64,000 nt of DNA, from assembly GCA_965249555.1 (NCBI GenBank), contig OZ252243.1, positions 1,792,001 to 1,856,000 of the forward strand. Reading direction: 5' to 3'. The stretch is from Nitrosopumilus sp. (lineage in GTDB: Archaea; Thermoproteota; Nitrososphaeria; Nitrososphaerales; Nitrosopumilaceae). The notes below the pieces were generated by a model. It searched no databases and was not told where the DNA came from. It saw only the letters and a list, made by a program, of their open reading frames with translations. Shown here piece by piece: positions 9,901 through 19,414 of the stretch (position 1 is its first letter; each line of letters opens with the position of its first letter). A program made the translations under genes and the position numbers.

Positions 9901-11685
9901 ACGCTCTCATGGAATAGAATTGCCAGTGCAACAGGTTACGTACTGAGCAGAACTAGTGGCGGAGCAACAACTGAGATATCAGTCACTGGGATCTCATATG
10001 CTGATACCTTGGAACCTGAAACAACTTACATCTATTCCATAAGGACAGTGGCAGCAGCTGGAGACAGTGCCGCCTCTAATGTCGTGTCTGTAACTACACT
10101 TGCAGCACCAACTGATACAACTCCACCTGCCGCACCCGTACTTTCTGCAGGAACAACTACTGATACAACTATATCACTTTCATGGACTGCAGTGGATAAT
10201 GCCGACAGTTACACTCTGACCAGAATTGTTGATGGCATTAATGATGTTGAAGTGGCAACAGGCGATATATTGACTGCCACTGATACTGGCCTGTCTGCTG
10301 ATACAGATTACAAGTATACCATTACGGCAACAAATACTGCCGGGACAAGTGATCCTTCTGCCGAGTTTGATGCAAGGACTGATGCAGCCAATACAAACCC
10401 ATCACCTGCCGTGTACACTCTCAACGATACACCTCATGCTACTGACGGAGATAAAGTAGTTATAACCTTCACATCGTCACACACCGGTGATTTTACAATT
10501 GAATTTGATGGTGGTCGTACCATTGACTTTACAATTGATGATGCAGCCGTCCCATATATTCACACAGAAACAGTTGGGTATGATTATAATGGCAATATTA
10601 TCATTTCAATTGCCGGCGGTGCCGAGGTTGCAAGGGAATCTGTAACGACTGAACCTGAAAACCCAAAGAAAAAAGGTGGAGATTCTAATGAATGGAAAAC
10701 AAAGCCAACCTTTGGCAAACATTGGAATAATCAAGCAGTACAGCTAGTTGATGACGGCTTTGTCTTTAATGGCATGCCATTAACCATTACAAACAACTGG
10801 CACACTGACTTTAATATGACTAGCAGCATTATTGGTGATAACAATACAGTCCACATCAAAGGCTATGCAACAAATGGCCTAAAGTCCGTATCTCTATCCC
10901 TTGGAGTTCCAGAAGTTGGCCTGAAGACTAATGCAGAGTCCCACATTATAGTGAATGTAAATAGCAACTATACTAGTCCTGCAGGTTATGACATTGCAGA
11001 TATAGTCCATGAGCAAAAAGAGGGACTAGTAAATGAGGACATGACTAGCGCATCCATTGACAAAGTCAAATGTACATCATCAGATACTGCAGAGAGGTGC
11101 TTTGATGTTACCATATCATTTGTAATAATGGCACCATTATCCCATGAAGTATTGGCAATTAATGCAGTTGACAAACAACGTTACTCTACTACCACATATA
11201 TCAACGAAGGTGTAGAGTTTGTGGGAGAAGCATTACTTGCAGCAGCAACTCATGAGTTAAAACAAAAGCATGGCAACCAGAATCCGTTTGAGACCATATC
11301 ACTAACCCAGCAGGACAGACGTTACCAGGTCTGGGAGGACCAATATGGATACATATGGTCACAAAATGACTATGGCACCTGGTTGCAGATTACAAGACCT
11401 GATATGCAACAAAGAGATGATCTGCCAACAAGCGTAATGACTAGAATTCATTCAAACTTTGCAAATCTGGTAATTGATGAGCAGGATAGGGCAACCCTGA
11501 TCTTTGATAGTAAGGCAATTCAGGGAACCTTGGATGAATCATTCTCATATGATATGCCATTAAGACTGGACAGAGTATCAGATCCCGCATTGCTGGAATC
11601 ACTATCCATACAAGAGATGCTGGCCCAGGAGATGCTGTGTGACTGTATGATATATGATGACTCTGATCTTAGCTGGAATGACTAG
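6952..11685 (+). CDS. Giant secreted FN3/Ig-like (DUF5011-type) repeat surface protein, paralogue A
   Basis: 1577 aa; signal peptide; FN3 motifs (W..V.GA..Y..YRNG, L.P.T.Y.Y); DTTPPVIT modules; C-terminal ~340 aa shared with 41898-46763. Confidence 0.9.
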   Translation: MNKMLFNALVGGGVVLFAISLLASAEAQAPIAPVPPVIEEGEIFSTNIEITWGVVDGATSYTVYRNGANRGTTTDTSFIDYGLTPNTEYTFRVVAHNSAGQTANSAFFKVSTTSAPTSFSAPAPTYADTQTAIEDGTISIEKNNSRDDQIDISFVPKQVGVYSIEYGAFNTETVSVSSGQTDIRKVVPPITIGYGFDQDIIISFREGTSDLVEVARAHVTTVPTPTPTPRVTDVTSTSITIEWDAVAGAGYDIFRNGVEQITITGSSYHDDELDPETTYTYTIRPNYINNTVGPTSAPLVVTTLELPPATPALVLGEVTDTSIALSWGAVDNADSYTLTRIVAGGNIVVVSSNVLTAIDTGLAPATDYKYVIVATNTAGTSTPSAEFAASTTAAPIDTTPPVITVTPEEITLELNSPAPTLLTGVETDDGSAITISGTVDVTTVNDYTITYSSTDGTNPAVDKTRIYKVTDTIPPVITVTPEEITLELNSPAPTLLTGVETDDGSAITISGTVDVTTVNDYTITYSSTDGTNPAVDKTRIYKVTDTIPPVITVTPEEITLELNSPAPTLLTGVETDDGSAITISGTVDVTTVNDYTITYSSTDGTNPAVDKTRIYKVTAAPVPIQLNTIQINQNANVIDISFVPLLAGTFDISYAGSTPQPQTIDSAQTGTALEFSVTLDSGFAGNVCIEFDGDEISCSTIRIEPDEPTLVLGDVTHDTIGFTWNSVNNGHNYILTRVIEGTDKIVVEGINVLAGTDDNLEPETEYTYVISVSTPDGDFNDEYSPFSVTTLAAPATETPAIEANSFEVTNPIDTNALLVEFVALKAGTFTITAGALTDTVDVTDTDVTDAAVKSKQITVNPEFDGDVILSFDDATVASTPASLLAIRAGSFSYTGDAAGDVTVSFVPLRAGTFTVEAGDASDDIVVGTGDIGNTVSSDPLSLGNGFDSTILILLNNHVYLRPSVLTLPGIPTLEVETPTHNSVTLSWNRIASATGYVLSRTSGGATTEISVTGISYADTLEPETTYIYSIRTVAAAGDSAASNVVSVTTLAAPTDTTPPAAPVLSAGTTTDTTISLSWTAVDNADSYTLTRIVDGINDVEVATGDILTATDTGLSADTDYKYTITATNTAGTSDPSAEFDARTDAANTNPSPAVYTLNDTPHATDGDKVVITFTSSHTGDFTIEFDGGRTIDFTIDDAAVPYIHTETVGYDYNGNIIISIAGGAEVARESVTTEPENPKKKGGDSNEWKTKPTFGKHWNNQAVQLVDDGFVFNGMPLTITNNWHTDFNMTSSIIGDNNTVHIKGYATNGLKSVSLSLGVPEVGLKTNAESHIIVNVNSNYTSPAGYDIADIVHEQKEGLVNEDMTSASIDKVKCTSSDTAERCFDVTISFVIMAPLSHEVLAINAVDKQRYSTTTYINEGVEFVGEALLAAATHELKQKHGNQNPFETISLTQQDRRYQVWEDQYGYIWSQNDYGTWLQITRPDMQQRDDLPTSVMTRIHSNFANLVIDEQDRATLIFDSKAIQGTLDESFSYDMPLRLDRVSDPALLESLSIQEMLAQEMLCDCMIYDDSDLSWND
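6981..6991 (+). repeat. G11 homopolymer in signal-peptide codons
   Basis: GT-G11-TTG; identical tract at 41927-41937. Confidence 0.9.
8149..8806 (+). repeat. Three near-perfect 222-bp tandem repeats (74-aa Ig-like module)
   Basis: Units start at 8149, 8371 and 8593. Confidence 0.95.
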
Positions 11686-11721
11686 GTTCCATCATATCTT
11701 TTGAGAATTATATGTAATTAT

Positions 11722-11998
11722 GGTGATTGGGTATCTACTACCCCTAAGATTATTATGGAATATTTCACAAAAACAATGGATGGATTTTGTATCATTTGCA
11801 AAAACAATCCCTGATGAATTATTAATACAATTCCTGGAATCAAAATATGACAAGAATCCTTCCCGTACTTTTTGCAAAAATAAAACTCTCTGTACCAAAG
11901 ACAGAGACAAAATGAGATGGCATATCTGAGATGTCCTGATTCAGCAAAGCACGCTAGGAGGTGTCCTCAGTAGGGTTGGAGACGATTTCGTATGGGAG
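11722..11998 (+). mobile_element. Chimeric IS1595 left end fused to an IS110 terminal segment
   Basis: TIR GGTGATTGGGTA.CTAC.CCCCTA then transposase start; 11919-11998 is the reverse complement of IS110 end 5181-5260; repeated at 46798-47074. Confidence 0.85.
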
Positions 11999-12151
11999 AA
12001 CCTTACAATATAACCAGTTTTAATATCATATAGGATAACAAAATGTATGGAAAAATCCAAATTGAAACCTGATGAACCATGGGGAAAAAGAGATGATGAA
12101 GTATTTGAGAGATATGAAAAAAGTCTGAAAAAGAAATCAAAAAAGTAATAC

Positions 12152-12439
12152 ATGTCTCATGTTCTTCAAGTGCAGTTTAATTCAGAATTCAATGAAGATA
12201 AAATATTACACTCTTTTGAAATTCAATTTGCAATAATTGATGCTGTGGCTAGCTGTTCTGCTGATATCATTCGAGATAAATTTGCCAATGTTAGATGTGC
12301 AGATTTAATCCATGACAAGATAAGAAGAAGGGTAGGAACAGAAAATCTCTATGTTTATGCAATTCTTAAAAAACACGTTTTAATTTTTGTAGGAGTTAGG
12401 GAAATTGGAAAGAAAGTAAAATTGTATGATGAAGCATAA
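12152..12439 (+). CDS. Hypothetical protein, possibly a fragment
   Basis: ORF only; an upstream ATG near 12047 is in another frame. Confidence 0.35.
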   Translation: MSHVLQVQFNSEFNEDKILHSFEIQFAIIDAVASCSADIIRDKFANVRCADLIHDKIRRRVGTENLYVYAILKKHVLIFVGVREIGKKVKLYDEA

Positions 12440-12737
12440 CTGTTATATGATAACAGTTAAATTTACAAAAAAAGCCCATAGCCAAAAACACATATGATTT
12501 TCCAAACATTACAGAGCCCGAGTATCGTCCTCCAACAAAAGTTGCAAATAACCCCGCAACTGCCATGGCAACAAAATATGAAATATCTGTAATATTGAAT
12601 TTAGATCCATCTATCACAATTAGTGCATATTGATATGCCACAACGAGACCAAAAATAATTCCAATAACTTTGTAATTCAGTTTACTTCTAGATGGGTCTT
12701 TTTTGTCTGAACTACTTTCTAGATGAATATCCTCCAT
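12396..12737 (-). pseudogene. Truncated polytopic membrane protein
   Basis: Three TM helices, RYSGSVMFGKSYVFLAMG, then abrupt loss of pattern. Confidence 0.5.
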
Positions 12738-12865
12738 TTTACTTAACGTATGAAAAAATTAATTTCATTTAAATTTGTGCCTGTAAAACAATAAAGTTTG
12801 TTCATTTGAACAAACAATCCCAGTCATCTAGGTTGAAAAAATATCTACTAAATTAGAAAAAAAGA

Positions 12866-13003
12866 CTAGTGGCTGTGTCCACAACCACAGGAATCATGGT
12901 CTTCATGTCCTTGAGATTCTTGTCCTGCACATTTAGAACATTTCTCTGAACCTGTTGGTGAGAAAAATCCTATACCGCAAGAGATACATTTTTGATTTGC
13001 CAT
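12866..13003 (-). CDS. Small Cys/His-rich metal-binding protein (45 aa, not in ORF track)
   Basis: MANQKCISCGIGFFSPTGSEKCSKCAGQESQGHEDHDSCGCGHSH. Confidence 0.75.
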   Translation of the reverse strand: MANQKCISCGIGFFSPTGSEKCSKCAGQESQGHEDHDSCGCGHSH

Positions 13004-13097
13004 AAATGAAATCAGTTTGTAGCAGTATTTGATTCTTTTTCCTATGATCCTTGGTTCATTTTAGACCTTAGATCTGTAATGTATGTATTTTCAGCCA

Positions 13098-13500
13098 TCA
13101 ATTGAATATCTCTCCAAGTGTAAATCCAATGTTTGTAGCAGTTTTTTCAATTTCTCCAAGTATATCTTGTGAAATCGTCCTAGTAACATTCATCTCTGTC
13201 CATTCACTGTCATGTATTTTTTCCAACTCTTGATATAATTCTTTTTCTGGCTGTATCACATAACTATACACTTTTTCCCCAATAATGTGTTCTGTAACTT
13301 TCATACCACATTTTTCAAATATTTTGATCTCAGTTTTACAATTAATTTCTGATTGTTCTTCATTTTCATCATGATCTACAATTATACGAATTCCTTTTCT
13401 TCCATCTAGAATCATTACTGAATGACCCTCTTGCATGTATTTTGTTTTCAGTCTTTCTTTTATAATTGCAAAATCAATTTTAGATGAATCTTCTTTAATA
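13098..13500 (-). CDS. Hypothetical protein; true start probably downstream of the ORF-track start
   Basis: ORF 13098-13616 overlaps the upstream gene. Confidence 0.55.
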
Positions 13501-13524
13501 TCTTTTAGGAAATCATACGATATT

Positions 13525-13875
13525 TTATCCAGATGGGTTTGCATTTCCAACTTCACTTGATTCATCATTCTTTTTGAATACTCTGTATTCTCCAATAATT
13601 GAACTACATTTTTCACAAGTGTATTGTCCTCTTTCTACTAGTATCAAATTGTCTGCTACTTCCTCATTGGTACTTTCTTCTAATTTTACCTTTGGTGGAT
13701 TATCAAATTCTGTTTCACAATTTTTACAATAATGTTTGAACATTTTTTCAGTTTCAAGTTTTCCAATTGGTGCCAAAAATAATTTTCCTACTCCTAAATC
13801 TGCCTTTTTTGCCTGCTCTTCAGTTAGTTCTGCTATGATATATCCACCAGAACCTTCAACTTTGAATTCTGCCAA
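13525..13875 (-). CDS. Conserved thaumarchaeal zinc-ribbon protein
   Basis: CKNC...CEKC pairs. Confidence 0.75.
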   Translation of the reverse strand: MAEFKVEGSGGYIIAELTEEQAKKADLGVGKLFLAPIGKLETEKMFKHYCKNCETEFDNPPKVKLEESTNEEVADNLILVERGQYTCEKCSSIIGEYRVFKKNDESSEVGNANPSG

Positions 13876-13898
13876 TTTACATTGATGTGATATATGCG

Positions 13899-14550
13899 TC
13901 AGATAAGCTTTATGGTCTCAGATAATGATTGCACAGTTTTTTCAATAAGATCCATCCTTTTAGAATGATAAATTTCTAAATGCATTTTTTTAACAAAATT
14001 TTCTACACTTTTCTTTGGAAAACTATCTAATTTGTTAAATGGTATAATCATTAGATGTAATTTTTCAGCAATGTTTCCAGATTGAGGTGGGATATAATAT
14101 TCAACATTTTCAAAAGTTTTTGCACCAAATTTTTTATAAAAACGAATTCTATCTTTTCTTATCTCTCTCATCAGAATCATTTACATCTTCTAGCTGAATT
14201 TCTAACAACAGACCAAGAAAGTTCTTTGATTTCATAACTTTTATACAATATTGAAGTAATTTTGAACCTATTCCTTTTCTCTGGAAGGAATCATTAATTA
14301 CCATATAATCAAGCAGTGAAACTTTCTCATCGGGAAGTTCACATACTAAAGCAAATCCTATTGTTAAATTATTTTCTTTGACTAGATATAGATGATATTT
14401 TTCGTCATTTCTTACCATCGCATTTAATTTCTCGATTGGTCTTCTCTCAACAGCTGGAAAAGAATTCATGTATAGTTCTTTAAGATTAGAATCTACAATT
14501 TCATCTTCTTCAACAATTCCAATTGCCATACAAGCTGGATTTTCTGGCAA
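13899..14550 (-). pseudogene. GNAT acetyltransferase split by a frameshift
   Basis: 5' ORF has FQRKGIGSKLL; 3' ORF has RIRFYKKFG; they overlap at 14149-14180. Confidence 0.8.
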
Positions 14551-14664
14551 TGCATAAACTTTTCATGTAATATCTCTGATGAATTTCTTTGATTTCCCAG
14601 GCTAGAACGAATCTATGTTGGAGAAAAACAGTAGATTCTTATCTAAAATTTTTAGGGAAAATCT

Positions 14665-15519
14665 ATGGATAAAATAAAGCAAAATTCTCCAGTATTATTC
14701 TATTTTAATCATTCAAAAAAATGGCTGATGAAAATTTCAAAAAAAGAATCTCTTCATACACATATTGGGGTAATCAAACATTCTGATGCAATTGGAAAAG
14801 AATATGGTTCCAGAGTAATGACTAACAAGGACAAGTATGTCTATGTTCTAAAACCAACAATGTATGATTATGTAATGAAAATCCAACACGGTACACAAAT
14901 TGTTTATCCAAAAGATCTTGGATATATTGTTGCAAGAGCTGGAATTGGAAGTGGCCAAAAGATTTTAGAAATTGGAACTGGTAGTGGTTCATTAACCTCT
15001 TTTGTAGCTAGTATTGTAAAACCTCGTGGTCATGTATACACTTTTGATGTTAATGAAAATTTTATGAAGATAGCTGAAAAAAATATCAAAAAAGCAGGGG
15101 TTTCAAAATATGTCACACAACATAATTTGGATCTAAAAACTGCAAAAAAGATGCCATTAGAAGATATGGATGTGGCGTTAATTGATTTGGGTGATCCTTG
15201 GGTAGTAATTCCCCAAGTGCGCAAGATGCTAAAAAGCAGCGGTTCAATTTTTGCCATTTGTCCTACAATGAATCAATTAGAAAAATTAACTATGGCTCTA
15301 GTTGAAAATGAATTTACTGATATAGAATCAACTGAACATATTTTGCGTACAATAGAAGCTAGAGAAGGAAAAACCAGACACTCTTTTCAAGGAATTGGCC
15401 ATACTACCTATCTCTGTTATGCTAGAAAGGCATTTTTTGGCAGAGCCACAAAAAATACTAAATCAAAAACCGGCAAAAAAACCACGAAAAAAGCTACTAA
15501 AAAAACTAGTAAAAAATAG
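14665..15519 (+). CDS. trmI: tRNA (adenine-N1)-methyltransferase
   Basis: TQIVYPKD, LEIGTGSGSLT, DLGDPW, GHTTYL. Confidence 0.93.
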   Translation: MDKIKQNSPVLFYFNHSKKWLMKISKKESLHTHIGVIKHSDAIGKEYGSRVMTNKDKYVYVLKPTMYDYVMKIQHGTQIVYPKDLGYIVARAGIGSGQKILEIGTGSGSLTSFVASIVKPRGHVYTFDVNENFMKIAEKNIKKAGVSKYVTQHNLDLKTAKKMPLEDMDVALIDLGDPWVVIPQVRKMLKSSGSIFAICPTMNQLEKLTMALVENEFTDIESTEHILRTIEAREGKTRHSFQGIGHTTYLCYARKAFFGRATKNTKSKTGKKTTKKATKKTSKK

Positions 15520-15582
15520 CCTCAATTATTTATTCAAACTCCAAAACAAGATTTATTCCTCTATTTTTTAGAGTATATTGTA

Positions 15583-16446
15583 ATGGTAAGAAGGAATCTT
15601 TCAGCATCTATTGTTAAGAAATTCATTCCTGCACGAAAATCAAAGTCTAGAAAAGGTGATAATGGAATTGTATTGGTAGTTGGTGGAAGCTATATCTATC
15701 ATGGCGCTCCGATTTTATCCTCAATTGCTGCATTTCGATGTGGAACTGATTTAGTTTATACTTCTGTTCCGAAAATTAACGTAGCACCAACACGTGCAAT
15801 TTCCCCAAATCTTATTGTCATTCCTTTAGTTGATCAAAAATTAACTCGTGGTGCTGTAAACAAACTTGTAGGTGCATTACCCAGACATCTAGATTCTGCA
15901 ACCATTGGCATGGGTCTTGCAATACAAGACAAAAATGCATTATTACTTTTAGTTAAATCACTTTTAGATAGAGATGTTAGATTATCATTAGATGCAAGTG
16001 CATTAATTCCTGAAGTTGTCCCTCATTTAGCAAACAAAAATGTTGTAGTGACTCCACATGCTGGAGAATTTAAGCGGTTATTTGGGGAATCACCTTCTAA
16101 CTCAAAAAATGAGCGAATAAAGTTGGTAGAAAAAAATGCAAAGAAACATGGAATTACCGTTTTACTAAAAGGTGCAGTAGATGTTATTTCAAATGGTACG
16201 ACTACATATCTTTATGAGAAAAAAATTCCTGCAATGACTGTTGGTGGTACAGGAGATGTTCTTTCAGGGTTGGTTGCAGGAATGCTATCCAAAAATCGTA
16301 ATGCTTTAGAATCTGCTGCAGCAGCTACCTTCATCAATGGATTGGCAGGAAAAGCAGTTCAAAAAAAATTAGGACTACATATGACATCAATGGATCTTTT
16401 AGATGAGATTCCATCTGTGATGAAACCATTTGATAAGATTGCGTGA
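15583..16446 (+). CDS. nnrD: ADP/ATP-dependent NAD(P)H-hydrate dehydratase
   Basis: KGDNGIVLVVGGS, TPHAGEF, GGTGDVLSG. Confidence 0.93.
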   Translation: MVRRNLSASIVKKFIPARKSKSRKGDNGIVLVVGGSYIYHGAPILSSIAAFRCGTDLVYTSVPKINVAPTRAISPNLIVIPLVDQKLTRGAVNKLVGALPRHLDSATIGMGLAIQDKNALLLLVKSLLDRDVRLSLDASALIPEVVPHLANKNVVVTPHAGEFKRLFGESPSNSKNERIKLVEKNAKKHGITVLLKGAVDVISNGTTTYLYEKKIPAMTVGGTGDVLSGLVAGMLSKNRNALESAAAATFINGLAGKAVQKKLGLHMTSMDLLDEIPSVMKPFDKIA

Positions 16447-17804
16447 TTTACATGAATGCACTAAAACACGTAGATTCTAACCTAGATAACCTTATTTCCG
16501 ACCTACAAATTCTCATACGACAACCAAGTGTTTCAGCAAAAAATGAAGGAATTGAGGAATGCGCAAAACTTGTAAAAAAACTATTAAAAAAATCTGGCTT
16601 AAAATCTGAAATCCTACGATTGAAAAAGGGAGTAGCCCCTATTGTTTATGGCGAAATAAAGTCAAGACAAAACCCAACAAAGACTCTGATGTTTTACAAT
16701 CATTATGATGTACAACCAGCTGAACCCTTTGACTTGTGGGATTACCCTCCATTTAGTGGCACAAGAAAAGGAAACAAGATCTTTGGGCGTGGTGCAACTG
16801 ATGATAAAGGTGAATTAATTACAAGAATCAAAGCAGTTGAGGCATATCTAAAAACTACAGACGATGTTCCTTGTAACATAAAATTTGTAATTGAAGGTGA
16901 AGAAGAAACCGGCAGCGCTCACATTGAAGAATATCTAAAAAAATACAAAAAGAAATTTTCATGTGATGGAGTAATTTGGGAATTTGGATACGTTGATGCA
17001 AAAAATAGACCAATAATTGGTCTTGGAATGAAAGGATTATTGTTTGTTGAATTATCCATAAAGGAATCAATTATTGATGCTCATTCAAGTTTGGCAGTAT
17101 TGATAAAAAACCCTGCATGGAGATTAATTGATGCCATCAAGACACTTCGAGATTCAAATGGAAAAATTCTCATAAAAGATTGGTACAAAGAAGTTACACC
17201 ATTCTCAAAAAAAGACTTGGAACTAATTCGAAAAGAACCATTTGATGAAAATGTTTTCAAAAAGGAATTTGGAATCAAATCTTTTGTAGGAGGCAAAAAA
17301 GGAATGGATGCAAAAAAGGCTTTAGTTGGTGGCGCTACGTGTAACATTGCAGGATTTGTTTCTGGGTATACTGGTGATGGGGCAAAAACAGTTCTTCCAG
17401 GTGATGCACTAGTCAAAATTGATTTTAGATTGATACCTAAAATGGATCCAAAAAAACAAGTAATGAGATTAAAAAGACATCTCAAATCTAAAGGATTCAG
17501 TGATGTTAAAATCAAAATATTTCATGGTGAGGCAGCTGCCAGAACCCGTTCTTCAGAACCATTTGTTGCTCAGGTAAAAGCAGCAGCTGACAAATCATTT
17601 GGAAAATCTATACTAAATGTTTCAAATGCTGGAACTGGTCCAATGTATCCATTTGTTGATATTCTAAAGGCTCCCTGTATATCAATAGGAAGTACATACA
17701 TGTTTTCTAGAATTCATTCTCCAAATGAATTTGCCAGAGTTGATTTGTTAAAGAAAACAACAAAGTGTATCTGTTTGATTATGGAAAACTTTGGAAAAAA
17801 CTAG
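16443..17804 (+). CDS. M20/DapE-family metallopeptidase
   Basis: HYDVQP, GRGATDDKG, EGEEE, IHSPNE. Confidence 0.92.
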   Translation: MIYMNALKHVDSNLDNLISDLQILIRQPSVSAKNEGIEECAKLVKKLLKKSGLKSEILRLKKGVAPIVYGEIKSRQNPTKTLMFYNHYDVQPAEPFDLWDYPPFSGTRKGNKIFGRGATDDKGELITRIKAVEAYLKTTDDVPCNIKFVIEGEEETGSAHIEEYLKKYKKKFSCDGVIWEFGYVDAKNRPIIGLGMKGLLFVELSIKESIIDAHSSLAVLIKNPAWRLIDAIKTLRDSNGKILIKDWYKEVTPFSKKDLELIRKEPFDENVFKKEFGIKSFVGGKKGMDAKKALVGGATCNIAGFVSGYTGDGAKTVLPGDALVKIDFRLIPKMDPKKQVMRLKRHLKSKGFSDVKIKIFHGEAAARTRSSEPFVAQVKAAADKSFGKSILNVSNAGTGPMYPFVDILKAPCISIGSTYMFSRIHSPNEFARVDLLKKTTKCICLIMENFGKN

Positions 17805-18217
17805 TGAAGACATCTAGGTAATTTTTTGATAATGTGTGCAAGTGAAATTCTTCCCGGTCCTGCAATCATAATTACTATAGATGATGCAAGAAGAATCAAA
17901 TCCAACTCTACTCCCATTTCACCTGTTAAGCTTTGAGCTCCTTTGACATGGAAAATAGCACCTAACATAATGATACAAAGTAATGATGCCGATAATCTAC
18001 TGAGAACTCCTATAACTAACAAAATTCCTGGAATTAATTCTGCTAATGCAATTGGAATTTGCATTTCTACTGGAAGTCCCATCATTGGCAAAAAGTCTGC
18101 AAATCCAGAATCAAATTTACCAATTCCATGAACGATAAAGATTACGCCTATGGCTGATCTTAAACCCATAAAGACAACGTCATTGAGGATTTTCTCTTTA
18201 ATCTCACTTGTAGTCAA
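17801..18217 (-). CDS. DoxX-family membrane protein
   Basis: LR..IGVIFIVHGIGKF, AELIPG, GPGRISL. Confidence 0.88.
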   Translation of the reverse strand: MTTSEIKEKILNDVVFMGLRSAIGVIFIVHGIGKFDSGFADFLPMMGLPVEMQIPIALAELIPGILLVIGVLSRLSASLLCIIMLGAIFHVKGAQSLTGEMGVELDLILLASSIVIMIAGPGRISLAHIIKKLPRCLH

Positions 18218-18311
18218 TATGACTAACTGAAATCTTTAGTATAATTATTTTACTCATAATTACGCTTGACATGTAGAAAGCCCTTTATTATGCTGCAAAA
18301 TTATTTGAACT

Positions 18312-18908
18312 ATGTCAATGTATATGCCAGGAGCAACTGCTGTTGGAATTACTTTTGATGGCGGTGTTGTTTTTGCCAGCGAGAAAAGGATCGCATTTGG
18401 AAACTTCCTTGTAAGCAAATCAACCAAGAAAACATTTTCTATAACTCCCAAAGTAGGTGCAACTTGTGCCGGCCTTGTGGCAGATATGCAAATCTTAACC
18501 TTACAAATTTCAGCTCTTGCAAAAATCAGAAAAATGGAAATTAAAAGAGATGTACCTCCAAATACTGTTGCTAAAATGATGTCGAATATGATGTATGAAC
18601 GAAGATACTTCCCATTGTTGACCCAAGTGATTGTTGGCGGTGTAGTTGACAAACCAATCATGTATACTCTTGACCCATTAGGTTCTGTACTTCCTGATGA
18701 ATATGCAGCAGTTGGAACTGGTGCTGAAATGGCATTAGGTGTATTGGATCCTCAATTCAAAGCAAACATGACAAAAGATGAAGCAGTTGATTTGGCCAAA
18801 CGTGCAGTTCGTTCAGCAGCTCTTAGAGATTCAGCAAGTGGTGATGGTTTAGATGTTCTTGTTATTACTAAAGATGGTACTGAAGAATTCACAGAAGAAA
18901 TCAAATAA
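18312..18908 (+). CDS. psmB: Proteasome beta subunit
   Basis: GATAVGI, AGLVADMQ, DPLGS, RDSASGDG; Ala occupies the usual Thr1 position. Confidence 0.93.
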   Translation: MSMYMPGATAVGITFDGGVVFASEKRIAFGNFLVSKSTKKTFSITPKVGATCAGLVADMQILTLQISALAKIRKMEIKRDVPPNTVAKMMSNMMYERRYFPLLTQVIVGGVVDKPIMYTLDPLGSVLPDEYAAVGTGAEMALGVLDPQFKANMTKDEAVDLAKRAVRSAALRDSASGDGLDVLVITKDGTEEFTEEIK

Positions 18909-18937
18909 GTGTAAATCTTAATTTCACAAATACAATT

Positions 18938-19414
18938 TTAATCGTAAATCGTTTTTCCAGATTCCCAAAATTTATCTGAAATATAATGCAAATTTTCCAC
19001 CACTTCCCCTTTTTCCATATTTTCCAACTCTGAGCTAGAAATCATTGCCTTTCCAACTGCTAAAAACTTGTGTTGAGATTCCTCGACAATGCAAACAATC
19101 TCGTCTTTCTCAAACTCTGTAAATTTTTTAATTCCTGGTCTCATGACATTTGCTCCTTTACACATGAATTTCACAGCCCCCATATCCACCATAACATTTG
19201 GAAATTTTTTAAGAGTATCAGTTTCTGATAAAAATGGTAAATAATCATCATTAATTTTTAAAATCTTTATTCCTTTTCCTGTGATGATTTGTGCCTCATC
19301 TGAAATTTGATGAACTTTGAGATTTTTTAATTTAGGACATTCAATTTCCCATCTCTCTGAAACTGTTTTTAGCAGTGCTGATGTTTCACTTTTTGAAATT
19401 AGATTGGATTTCAA
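18938..19414 (-). CDS. PUA-domain RNA-binding protein
   Basis: VDMGAVKFMCKGANVMRPGI, HYISDKFW. Confidence 0.9.
   Translation of the reverse strand: MKSNLISKSETSALLKTVSERWEIECPKLKNLKVHQISDEAQIITGKGIKILKINDDYLPFLSETDTLKKFPNVMVDMGAVKFMCKGANVMRPGIKKFTEFEKDEIVCIVEESQHKFLAVGKAMISSSELENMEKGEVVENLHYISDKFWESGKTIYD

Noticed and set aside
7198-11174. Minus-strand ORFs inside the adhesin genes (also 41984-46252)
   Set aside because: Antisense shadows of a long, biased coding sequence.
6952-11685. Diversity-generating retroelement acting on the adhesins
   Set aside because: No reverse transcriptase in the window, and differences between shared blocks do not look adenine-specific.
11692-11929. Short ORFs downstream of the adhesins (also 46785-47090 and 50664-50846)
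   Set aside because: They are reading frames across IS1595/IS110 end sequences, not independent genes.
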